A DNA stretch of 64,000 bases from Eledone cirrhosa (lineage: Eukaryota): contig OZ024740.1 in the NCBI GenBank assembly GCA_964016885.1, forward strand, positions 31,992,001-32,056,000, read 5' to 3'. Position numbers and translations under genes: made by a program. Below are positions 14,100 through 26,239 of the stretch, in pieces. Numbering within the stretch: the first letter of the stretch is position 1; every line of letters starts with the position of its first letter. The notes under the pieces were generated by a model. That model saw only the letters and a program-made list of their open reading frames with translations. It had not been told where the DNA came from and made no database searches.

Positions 14100-16900
14100 A
14101 TAGTATAGAACATGGTTCTAAGTAATGAGAGGGTGATAGTATAGAACATGGTTCTGCGTAATGAGAGGGTGATAGTATAGAACATGGTTCTGTGTAATGA
14201 GAGGGGGTATAGTATAGAACATGGTTCTGTGTAATGAGAGGGTGATAGTATAGAACATGGTTCTAAGTAATGAGAGGATGATAGTATAGAACATGGTTCT
14301 AAGTAATGAGAGGGTGATAGTATAGAACATGGTTCTGAGTAATGAGAGGGTGATAGTATAGAACATGGTTCTGTGTAATGAGAGGGTGATAGTATAGAAC
14401 ATGGTTCTAAGTAATGAGAGGGTGATAGTATAGAACATGGTTCTAAGTAATGAGAGGATGATAGTATAGAACATGTTTCTAAGTAATGAGAGGATGATAG
14501 TATAGAACATGTTTCTAAGTAATGAGAGGGTGATAGTACAGAACATGGTTCTAAGTAATGAGAGGATGATAGTATAGAACATGGTTCTAAGTAATGAGAG
14601 GGTGATAGTATAGAACATGGTTCTGTGTAATGAGAGGGTGATAGTATGGAACTAGGTTCTAAGTAATGAGAGGATGATAGTATAGAACATGGTTCTAAGT
14701 AATGAGAGGATGATAGTATAGAACATGGTTCTGAGTAATGAGAGGATGATAGTATAGAACATGGTTCTAAGTAATGAGAGGGTGATAGTATAGAACATGG
14801 TTCTGAGTAATGAGAAGGTGATAGTATAGAACATGGTTCTGTGTAATGAGAGGGTGATAGTATAGACCATGGTTCTAAGTAATGAGAGGATGATAGTATA
14901 GAACATGGTTCTAAGTAATGAGAGGATGATAGTATAGAACATGGTTCTGAGTAATGAGCGGATGATAGTATAGAACATGGTTCTAAGTAATGAGAGGATG
15001 ATAGTATAGAACATGGTTCTGAGTAATGAGAGGGTGATAGTATAGAACATGGTTCTGTGTAATGAGAGGGTGATAGTATAGAACATGGTTCTAAGTAATG
15101 AGAGGATGATAGTATAGAACATGGTGCTGAGTAATGAGAGGGTGATAGTATAGAACATGGTTCTGAGTAATGAGAGGATGATAGTATAGAACATGGTTCT
15201 GTGTAATGAGAGGGTGATAGTATAGAACATGGTTCTAAGTAATGAGAGGATGATAGTATAGAACATGGTTCTAAGTAATGAGAGGGTGATAGTATAGAAC
15301 ATGATTCTGAGTAATGAGAGGGTGATAGTATAGAACATGGTTCTGTGTAATGAGACGGTGATAGTATAGAACATGGTTCTAAGTAATGAGAGGGTGATAG
15401 TATAGAACATGGTTCTAAGTAATGAGAGGGTGATAGTATAGAACATGGTTCTGTGTAATGAGAGGGTGATAGTATAGAACATGGTTCTAAGTAATGAGAG
15501 GATGATAGTATAGAACATGGTTCTAAGTAATGAGAGGAAGATAGTATAGAACATGGTTCTAAGTAATGAGAGGGTGATAGTATAGAACATGGTTCTGAGT
15601 AATGAGAGGGTGATAGTATAGAACATGGTTCTGTGTAATGAGAGGGTGATAGTATAGAACATGGTTCTAAGTAATGAGAGGGTGATAGTATAGAACATGG
15701 TTCTAAGTAATGAGAGGATGATAGTATAGAACATGTTTCTAAGTAATGAGAGGATGATAGTATAGAACATGTTTCTAAGTAATGAGAGGGTGATAGTACA
15801 GAACATGGTTCTAAGTAATGAGAGGATGATAGTATAGAACATGGTTCTAAGTAATGAGAGGGTGATAGTATAGAACATGGTTCTGTGTAATGAGAGGGTG
15901 ATAGTATGGAACTAGGTTCTAAGTAATGAGAGGATGATAGTATAGAACATGGTTCTAAGTAATGAGAGGATGATAGTATAGAACATGGTTCTGAGTAATG
16001 AGAGGATGATAGTATAGAACATGGTTCTAAGTAATGAGAGGGTGATAGTATAGAACATGGTTCTGAGTAATGAGAAGGTGATAGTATAGAACATGGTTCT
16101 GTGTAATGAGAGGGTGATAGTATAGAACATGGTTCTAAGTAATGAGAGGATGATAGTATAGAACATGGTTCTAAGTAATGAGAGGATGATAGTATAGAAC
16201 ATGGTTCTGAGTAATGAGCGGATGATAGTATAGAACATGGTTCTAAGTAATGAGAGGATGATAGTATAGAACATGGTTCTGAGTAATGAGAGGGTGATAG
16301 TATAGAACATGGTTCTGTGTAATGAGAGGGTGATAGTATAGAACATGGTTCTAAGTAATGAGAGGATGATAGTATAGAACATGGTGCTGAGTAATGAGAG
16401 GATGATAGTATAGAACATGGTGCTGAGTAATGAGAGGGTGATAGTATAGAACATGGTTCTGAGTAATGAGAGGATGATAGTATAGAACATGGTTCTAAGT
16501 AATGAGAGGGTGATAGTATAGAACATGGTTCTAAGTAATAAGAGGGTGATAGTATAGAACATGGTTCTGAGTAATGAGAGGATGATAGTATAGAACATGG
16601 TTCTGTGTAATGAGACGGTGATAGTATAGAACATGGTTCTAAGTAATGAGAGGGTGATAGTATAGAACATGGTTCTAAGTAATGAGAGGGTGATAGTATA
16701 GAACATGGTTCTGTGTAATGAGAGGGTGATAGTATAGAACATGGTTCTAAGTAATGAGAGGATGATAGTATAGAACATGGTTCTAAGTAATGAGAGGATG
16801 ATAGTATAGGACATGGTTCTGAGTAATGGGAGGATGATAGTTTAGAACATGGTTCTAAGTAATGAGAGGGTGATAGTATAGAACATGGTTCTGAGTAATG
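14100..16900 (+). repeat. Isolated copy of the roughly 2.8-kb block that is amplified four times in the 42-59 kb region (offset 27,770 bp to the first)
   Basis: ORFs 14118..14618 and 14652..15878 have the same translations as 41888..42388 and 42422..43648. Both share the rare CCATGG (14867) and GAGGAAGAT (about 15538) variants. Confidence 0.87.
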
Positions 16901-19845
16901 AGAGAGTGATAGTATAGAACATGGTTCTGTGTAATGAGAGGGTGATAGTATAGAACATGGTTCTAAGTAATGAGAGGATGATAGTATAGAACATGGTTCT
17001 GAGTAATGAGAGGGTGATAGTATAGAACATGGTTCTGAGTAGTGAGAGAGTGATAGTATAGAACATGGTTCTGAGTAATGAGAGGGTGATAGTACAGAAC
17101 ATGGTTCTGAGTAATGAGAGGATGATAGTATAGAACATGGTTCTGAGTAATGAGAGGGTGATAGTATAGAACATGCTTCTGAGTAATGAGAGGGTGATAG
17201 TATAGAACATGGTTCTGTGTAATGAGAGGGTGATAGTATAGAACATGGTTCTAAGTAATGAGAGGATGATAGTATAGAACATGGTTCTGAGTAATGAGAG
17301 GGTGATAGTATAGAACATGGTTCTGTGTAATGAGAGGATGATAGTATAGAACATGGTTCTGTGTAATGAGAGGGTGATAGTATAGAACATGGTTCTAAGT
17401 AATGAGAGGGTGATAGTATAGAACATGGTTCTGTGTAATGAGAGGGTGATAGTATAGAACATAGTTCTGTGTAATGAGAGGATGATAGTATAGAACATGG
17501 TTCTGTGTAATGAGAGGGTGATAGTATAGAACATGGTTCTGTGTAATGAGAGGGTGATAGTATAGAACATGGTTCTAAGTAATGAGAGGGTGATAGTATA
17601 GAACATGGTTCTGTGTAATGAGAGGGTGATAGTATAGAACATGGTTCTGAGTAATGAGAGGGTGATAGTATAGAACATGGTTCTGTGTAATGAGAGGGTG
17701 ATAGTATAGAACATGGTTCTGTGTAATGAGAGGGTGATAGTATAGAACATGGTTCTGTGTAATGAGAGGGTGATAGTATAGAACATGGTTCTGTGTAATG
17801 AGAGGGTGATAGTATAGAACATGATTCTGTGTAATGAGAGGGTGATAGTATAGAACGTAGTTCTGTGTAATGAGAGGGTGATAGTATAGAACATGGTTCT
17901 AAGTAATGAGAGGGTGATAGTATAGAACATGGTTCTAAGTAATGAGAGGATGATAGTATAGAACATGTTTCTAAGTAATGAGAGGATGATAGTATAGAAC
18001 ATGTTTCTAAGTAATGAGAGGGTGATAGTACAGAACATGGTTCTATGTAATGAGAGGATGATAGTATAGAACATGGTTCTAAGTAATGAGAGGGTGATAG
18101 TATAGAACATGGCTCTGTGTAATGAGAGGGTGATAGTATGGAACTAGGTTCTAAGTAATGAGAGGGTGATAGTATAGAACATGGTTCTAAGTAATAAGAG
18201 GGTGATAGTATAGAACATGGTTCTGAGTAATGAGAGGATGATAGTATAGAACATGGTTCTGTGTAATGAGACGGTGATAGTATAGAACATGGTTCTAAGT
18301 AATGAGAGGGTGATAGTATAGAACATGGTTCTAAGTAATGAGAGGGTGATAGTATAGAACATGGTTCTGTGTAATGAGAGGGTGATAGTATAGAACATGG
18401 TTCTAAGTAATGAGAGGATGATAGTATAGAACATGGTTCTAAGTAATGAGAGGATGATAGTATAGGACATGGTTCTGAGTAATGGGAGGATGATAGTTTA
18501 GAACATGGTTCTAAGTAATGAGAGGGTGATAGTATAGAACATGGTTCTGAGTAATGAGAGAGTGATAGTATAGAACATGGTTCTGTGTAATGAGAGGGTG
18601 ATAGTATAGAACATGGTTCTAAGTAATGAGAGGATGATAGTATAGAACATGGTTCTGAGTAATGAGAGGGTGATAGTATAGAACATGGTTCTGAGTAATG
18701 AGAGAGTGATAGTATAGAACATGGTTCTGAGTAATGAGAGGGTGATAGTACAGAACATGGTTCTGAGTAATGAGAGGATGATAGTATAGAACATGGTTCT
18801 GAGTAATGAGAGGGTGATAGTATAGAACATGCTTCTGAGTAATGAGAGGGTGATAGTATAGAACATGGTTCTGTGTAATGAGAGGGTGATAGTATAGAAC
18901 ATGGTTCTAAGTAATGAGAGGATGATAGTATAGAACATGGTTCTGAGTAATGAGAGGGTGATAGTATAGAACATGGTTCTGTGTAATGAGAGGATGATAG
19001 TATAGAACATGGTTCTGTGTAATGAGAGGGTGATAGTATAGAACATGGTTCTGTGTAATGAGAGGGTGATAGTATAGAACATGGTTCTAAGTAATGAGAG
19101 GGTGATAGTATAGAACATGGTTCTGTGTAATGAGAGGGTGATAGTATAGAACATAGTTCTGTGTAATGAGAGGATGATAGTATAGAACATGGTTCTGTGT
19201 AATGAGAGGGTGATAGTATAGAACATGGTTCTGTGTAATGAGAGGGTGATAGTATAGAACATGGTTCTAAGTAATGAGAGGGTGATAGTATAGAACATGG
19301 TTCTGTGTAATGAGAGGGTGATAGTATAGAACATGGTTCTGAGTAATGAGAGGGTGATAGTATAGAACATGGTTCTGTGTAATGAGAGGGTGATAGTATA
19401 GAACATGGTTCTGTGTAATGAGAGGGTGATAGTATAGAACATGGTTCTGTGTAATGAGAGGGTGATAGTATAGAACATGGTTCTGTGTAATGAGAGGGTG
19501 ATAGTATAGAACATGATTCTGTGTAATGAGAGGGTGATAGTATAGAACGTAGTTCTGTGTAATGAGAGGGTGATAGTATAGAACATGGTTCTAAGTAATG
19601 AGAGGGTGATAGTATAGAACATGGTTCTAAGTAATGAGAGGATGATAGTATAGAACATGTTTCTAAGTAATGAGAGGATGATAGTATAGAACATGTTTCT
19701 AAGTAATGAGAGGGTGATAGTACAGAACATGGTTCTATGTAATGAGAGGATGATAGTATAGAACATGGTTCTAAGTAATGAGAGGGTGATAGTATAGAAC
19801 ATGGCTCTGTGTAATGAGAGGGTGATAGTATGGAACTAGGTTCTA
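16490..19845 (+). repeat. Tandem duplication of about 1,656 bp (46 monomers; second copy has one extra monomer)
   Basis: Rare variants match at offset 1656 (AATAAG at 16540/18196; GGACAT-TAATGGGAGG-GTTTAG cluster at about 16810-16845 and 18466-18500), then at offset 1692 (AACGTAGTT, CTATGT, GGCTCT). ORFs 16842..18110 and 18498..19802 differ by one 12-aa unit. Confidence 0.85.
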
Positions 19846-22800
19846 AGTAATGAGAGGATGATAGTATAGAACATGGTTCTAAGTAATGAGAGGATGATAG
19901 TATAGAACATGGTTCTGAGTAATGAGAGGATGATAGTATAGAACATGGTTCTAAGTAATGAGAGGGTGATAGTATAGAACATGGTTCTGAGTAATGAGAA
20001 GGTGATAGTATAGAACATGGTTCTGTGTAATGAGAGGGTGATAGTATAGAACATGGTTCTAAGTAATGAGAGGATGATAGTATAGAACATGGTTCTAAGT
20101 AATGAGAGGATGATAGTATAGAACATGGTTCTGAGTAATGAGCGGATGATAGTATAGAACATGGTTCTAAGTAATGAGAGGATGATAGTATAGAACATGG
20201 TTCTGAGTAATGAGAGGGTGATAGTATAGAACATGGTTCTGTGTAATGAGAGGGTGATAGTATAGAACATGGTTCTAAGTAATGAGAGGATGATAGTATA
20301 GAACATGGTGCTGAGTAATGAGAGGGTGATAGTATAGAACATGGTTCTGAGTAATGAGAGGATGATAGTATAGAACATGGTTCTATGTAATGAGAGGATG
20401 ATAATATAGAACATGGTTCTGTGTAATGAGAGGGTGATAGTATAGAACATGGTTCTAAGTAATGAGAGGATGATAGTATAGAACATGGTTCTAAGTAATG
20501 AGAGGGTGATAGTATAGAACATGGTTCTGTGTAATGAGAGGGTGATAGTATAGAACATGGTTCTAAGTAATGAGAGGGTGATAGTATAGAACATGGTTCT
20601 AAGTAATGAGAGGGTGATATTATAGAACATGGTTCTGTGTAATGAGAGGGGGTATAGTATAGAACATGGTTCTGTGTAATGAGAGGGTGATAGTATAGAA
20701 CATGGTTCTAAGTAATGAGAGGGTGATAGTATAGAACATGGTTCTAAGTAATGAGAGGGTGATAGTATAGAACATGGTTCTGTGTAATGAGAGGGTGATA
20801 GTATAGAACATGGTTCTAAGTAATGAGAGGATGATAGTATAGAACATGGTTCTAAGTAATGAGAGGATGATAGTATAGGACATGGTTCTGAGTAATGAGA
20901 GGATGATAGTGTAGAACATGGTTCTAAGTAATGAGAGGGTGATAGTATAGAACATGGTTCTGAGTAATGAGAGGGTGATAGTATAGAACATGGTTCTGTG
21001 TAATGAGAGGGTGATAGTATAGAACATGGTTCTAAGTAATGAGAGGATGATAGTATAGAACATGGTTCTGAGTAATGAGAGGGTGATAGTATAGAACATG
21101 GTTCTGAGTAATGAGAGAGTGATAGTATAGAACATGGTTCTGAGTAATGAGAGGGTGATAGTATAGAACATGGTTCTGAGTAATGAGAGGGTGATAGTAT
21201 AGAACATGCTTCTGAGTAATGAGAGGGTGATAGTATAGAACATGGTTCTGTGTAATGAGGGGGTGATAGTATAGAACATGGTTCTAAGTAATGAGAGGAT
21301 GATAGTATAGAACATGGTTCTGAGTAATGAGAGGGTGATAGTATAGAACATGGTTCTGTGTAATGAGAGGATGATAGTATAGAACATGGTTCTAAGTAAT
21401 GAGAGGATGATAGTATAGAACATAGTTCTGAGTAATGAGAGGATGATAGTATAGAACATGGTTCTAAGTAATGAGAGGGTGATAGTATAGAACATGGTTC
21501 TGAGTAATGAGAGGGTGATAGTATAGAACATGGTTCTGTGTAATGAGAGGGTGATAGTATAGAACATGGTTCTAAGTAATGAGAGGATGATAGTATAGAA
21601 CATGGTTCTGAGTAATGAGAGGGTGATAGTATAGAACATGGTTCTGAGTAATGAGAGAGTGATAGTATAGAACATGGTTCTGAGTAATGAGAGGGTGATA
21701 GTATAGAACATGGTTCTGAGTAATGAGAGGGTGATAGTATAGAACATGCTTCTGAGTAATGAGAGGGTGATAGTATAGAACATGGTTCTGTGTAATGAGG
21801 GGGTGATAGTATAGAACATGGTTCTAAGTAATGAGAGGATGATAGTATAGAACATGGTTCTGAGTAATGAGAGGGTGATAGTATAGAACATGGTTCTGTG
21901 TAATGAGAGGATGATAGTATAGAACATGGTTCTAAGTAATGAGAGGATGATAGTATAGAACATGGTTCTAAGTAATGAGAGGATAATAGTATAGAACATG
22001 GTTCTGAGTAATGAGAGGGTGATAGTATAGAACATGGTTCTGTGTAATGAGAGGGTGATAGTATAGAACATGGTTCTAAGTAATGAGAGGATGATAGTAT
22101 AGAACATGGTGCTGAGTAATGAGAGGGTGATAGTATAGAACATGGTTCTGAGTAATGAGAGGATGATAGTATAGAACATGGTTCTGTGTAATGAGAGGGT
22201 GATAGTATAGAACATGGTTCTAAGTAATGAGAGGATGATAGTATAGAACATGGTTCTAAGTAATGAGAGGGTGATAGTATAGAACATGATTCTGAGTAAT
22301 GAGAGGGTTATAGTATAGAACATGGTTCTGTGTAATGAGACGGTGATAGTATAGAACATGGTTCTAAGTAATGAGAGGGTGATAGTATAGAACATGGTTC
22401 TAAGTAATGAGAGGGTGATAGTATAGAACATGGTTCTGTGTAATGAGAGGGTGATAGGATAGAACATGGTTCTAAGTAATGAGAGGATGATAGTATAGAA
22501 CATGGTTCTAAGTAATGAGAGGATGATAGTATAGAACATGGTTCTAAGTAATGAGAGGGTGATAGTATAGAACATGGTTCTGAGTAATGAGAGGGTGATA
22601 GTATAGAACATGGTTCTGTGTAATGAGAGGGTGATAGTATAGAACATGGTTCTAAGTAATGAGAGGATGATAGTATAGAACATGGTGCTGAGTAATGAGA
22701 GGGTGATAGTATAGAACATGGTTCTGAGTAATGAGAGGATGATAGTATAGAACATGGTTCTAAGTAATGAGAGGATGATAGTATAGAACATGGTTCTGTG

Positions 22801-24830
22801 TAATGAGAGGGTGATAGTATAGAACATGGTTCTAAGTAATGAGAGGATGATAATATAGAACATGGTTCTAAGTAATGAGAGGGTGATAGTATAGAACATG
22901 GTTCTGTGTAATGAGAGGGTGATAGTATAGAACATGGTTCTGTGTAATGAGAGGGGGTATAGTATAGAACATGGTTCTGTGTAATGAGAGGGTGATAGTA
23001 TAGAACATGGTTCTAAGTAATGAGAGGATGATAGTATAGAACATGGTTCTAAGTAATGAGAGGGTGATAGTATAGAACATGTTTCTAAGTAATGAGAGGA
23101 TGATAGTATAGAACATGTTTCTAAGTAATGAGAGGGTGATAGTACAGAACATGGTTCGAAGTAATGAGTGGATGATAGTATAGAACATGGTTCTGAGTAA
23201 TGAGAGGGTGATAGTATAGAACATGGTTCTGTGTAATGAGAGGGTGATAGTATAGAACATGGTTCTAAGTAATGAGAGGGTGATAGTATAGAACATGGTT
23301 CTAAGTAATGAGAGGATGATAGTATAGAACATGGTTCTGTGTAATGAGAGGGTGATAGTATAGAACATGGTTCTAAGTAATGAGAGGATGATAGTATAGA
23401 ACATGGTTCTAAGTAATGAGAGGGTGATAGTATAGAACATGGTTCTAAGTAATGAGAGGGTGATATTATAGAACATGGTTCTGTGTAATGAGAGGGGGTA
23501 TAGTATAGAACATGGTTCTGTGTAATGAGAGGGTGATAGTATAGAACATGGTTCTAAGTAATGAGAGGGTGATAGTATAGAACATGGTTCTAAGTAATGA
23601 GAGGGTGATAGTATAGAACATGGTTCTGTGTAATGAGAGGGTGATAGTATAGAACATGGTTCTAAGTAATGAGAGGATGATAGTATAGAACATGGTTCTA
23701 AGTAATGAGAGGATGATAGTATAGGACATGGTTCTGAGTAATGAGAGGATGATAGTATAGAACATGGTTCTAAGTAATGAGAGGGTGATAGTATAGAACA
23801 TGGTTCTGAGTAATGAGAGGGTGATAGTATAGAACATGGTTCTGTGTAATGAGAGGGTGATAGTATAGAACATGGTTCTAAGTAATGAGAGGATGATAGT
23901 ATAGAACATGGTTCTGAGTAATGAGAGGGTGATAGTATAGAACATGGTTCTGAGTAATGAGAGAGTGATAGTATAGAACATGGTTCTGAGTAATGAGAGG
24001 GTGATAGTATAGAACATGGTTCTGAGTAATGAGAGGGTGATAGTATAGAACATGCTTCTGAGTAATGAGAGGGTGATAGTATAGAACATGGTTCTGTGTA
24101 ATGAGGGGGTGATAGTATAGAACATGGTTCTAAGTAATGAGAGGATGATAGTATAGAACATGGTTCTGAGTAATGAGAGGGTGATAGTATAGAACATGGT
24201 TCTGTGTAAAGAGAGGATGATAGTATAGAACATGGTTCTAAGTAATGAGAGGATGATAGTATAGAACATGGTTCTGAGTAATGAGAGGATGATAGTATAG
24301 AACATGGTTCTAAGTAATGAGAGGGTGATAGTATAGAACATGGTTCTGAGTAATGAGAGAGTGATAGTATAGAACATGGTTCTGAGTAATGAGAGGGTGA
24401 TAGTATAGAACATGTTTCTAAGTAATGAGAGGATGATAGTATAGAACATGGTTCTAAGTAATGAGAGGATGATAGTATAGAACATGGTTCTAAGTAATGA
24501 GAGGATGATAGTATAGAACATGGTTCTAAGTAATGAGAGGGTGATAGTATAGAACATGGTTCTGCGTAATGAGAGGGTGATAGTATAGAACATGGTTCTG
24601 TGTAATGAGAGGGGGTATAGTATAGAACATGGTTCTGTGTAATGAGAGGGTGATAGTATAGAACATGGTTCTAAGTAATGAGAGGATGATAGTATAGAAC
24701 ATGGTTCTAAGTAATGAGAGGGTGATAGTATAGAACATGGTTCTGAGTAATGAGAGGGTGATAGTATAGAACATGGTTCTGTGTAATGAGAGGGTGATAG
24801 TATAGAACATGGTTCTAAGTAATGAGAGGG
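19560..24830 (+). repeat. Dispersed block of about 5.2 kb, duplicated at about 34040-39310 (offset 14,479 bp)
   Basis: 37-bp monomer spacings 2305/541/1117 occur in both places. TTCGAA lies at 23155 and 37634. ORFs 19836, 20620, 22868 and 23466 match 34315, 35099, 37347 and 37945 at constant offset. Confidence 0.87.
20900..21960 (+). repeat. 540-bp (15-monomer) higher-order unit, tandem pair
   Basis: The ordered variants GAGAGAGTG, CATGCTTCT and GAGGGGGTG recur at offset 540 (GCTT at about 21208/21748). The same unit recurs at 26361/26901, 29097/29637 and about 35688/36228, and as a 648-bp (18-monomer) version at 26901/27549 and 29637/30285. Confidence 0.85.
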
Positions 24831-26239
24831 TGATAGTATAGAACATGGTTCTAAGTAATGAGAGGGTGATAGTATAGAACATGGTTCTAAGTAATGAGAG
24901 GATGATAGTATAGAACATGTTTCTAAGTAATGAGAGGATGATAGTATAGAACATGTTTCTAAGTAATGAGAGGGTGATAGTACAGAACATGGTTCTATGT
25001 AATGAGAGGATGATAGTATAGAACATGGTTCTAAGTAATGAGAGGGTGATAGTATAGAACATGGCTCTGTGTAATGAGAGGGTGATAGTATGGAACTAGG
25101 TTCTAAGTAATGAGAGGATGATAGTATAGAACATGGTTCTAAGTAATGAGAGGATGATAGTATAGAACATGGTTCTGAGTAATGAGAGGATGATAGTATA
25201 GAACATGGTTCTAAGTAATGAGAGGGTGATAGTATAGAACATGGTTCTGAGTAATGAGAAGGTGATAGTATAGAACATGGTTCTGTGTAATGAGAGGGTG
25301 ATAGTATAGAACATGGTTCTAAGTAATGAGAGGATGATAGTATAGAACATGGTTCTAAGTAATGAGAGGATGATAGTATAGAACATGGTTCTGAGTAATG
25401 AGCGGATGATAGTATAGAACATGGTTCTAAGTAATGAGAGGATGATAGTATAGAACATGGTTCTGAGTAATGAGAGGGTGATAGTATAGAACATGGTTCT
25501 GTGTAATGAGAGGGTGATAGTATAGAACATGGTTCTAAGTAATGAGAGGATGATAGTATAGAACATGGTGCTGAGTAATGAGAGGGTGATAGTATAGAAC
25601 ATGGTTCTGAGTAATGAGAGGATGATAGTATAGAACATGGTTCTGTGTAATGAGAGGGTGATAGTATAGAACATGGTTCTGTGTAATGAGAGGGTGATAG
25701 TATAGAACATGGTTCTAAGTAATGAGAGGGTGATAGTATAGAACATGGTTCTAAGTAATGAGAGGGTGATATTATAGAACATGGTTCTGTGTAATGAGAG
25801 GGGGTATAGTATAGAACATGGTTCTGTGTAATGAGAGGGTGATAGTATAGAACATGGTTCTAAGTAATGAGAGGGTGATAGTATAGAACATGGTTCTAAG
25901 TAATGAGAGGGTGATAGTATAGAACATGGTTCTGTGTAATGAGAGGGTGATAGTATAGAACATGGTTCTAAGTAATGAGAGGATGATAGTATAGAACATG
26001 GTTCTAAGTAATGAGAGGATGATAGTATAGGACATGGTTCTGAGTAATGAGAGGATGATAGTGTAGAACATGGTTCTAAGTAATGAGAGGGTGATAGTAT
26101 AGAACATGGTTCTGAGTAATGAGAGGGTGATAGTATAGAACATGGTTCTGTGTAATGAGAGGGTGATAGTATAGAACATGGTTCTAAGTAATGAGAGGAT
26201 GATAGTATAGAACATGGTTCTGAGTAATGAGAGGGTGAT

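Noticed and set aside
4742-21960. Nucleosome-related 180-bp (5-monomer) periodicity suggested by 540, 720 and 1,260 bp offsets
   Set aside because: Other units (108, 216, 648, 1656, 2736, 4358, 9942 bp) are not multiples of 180, so the pattern is not consistent.
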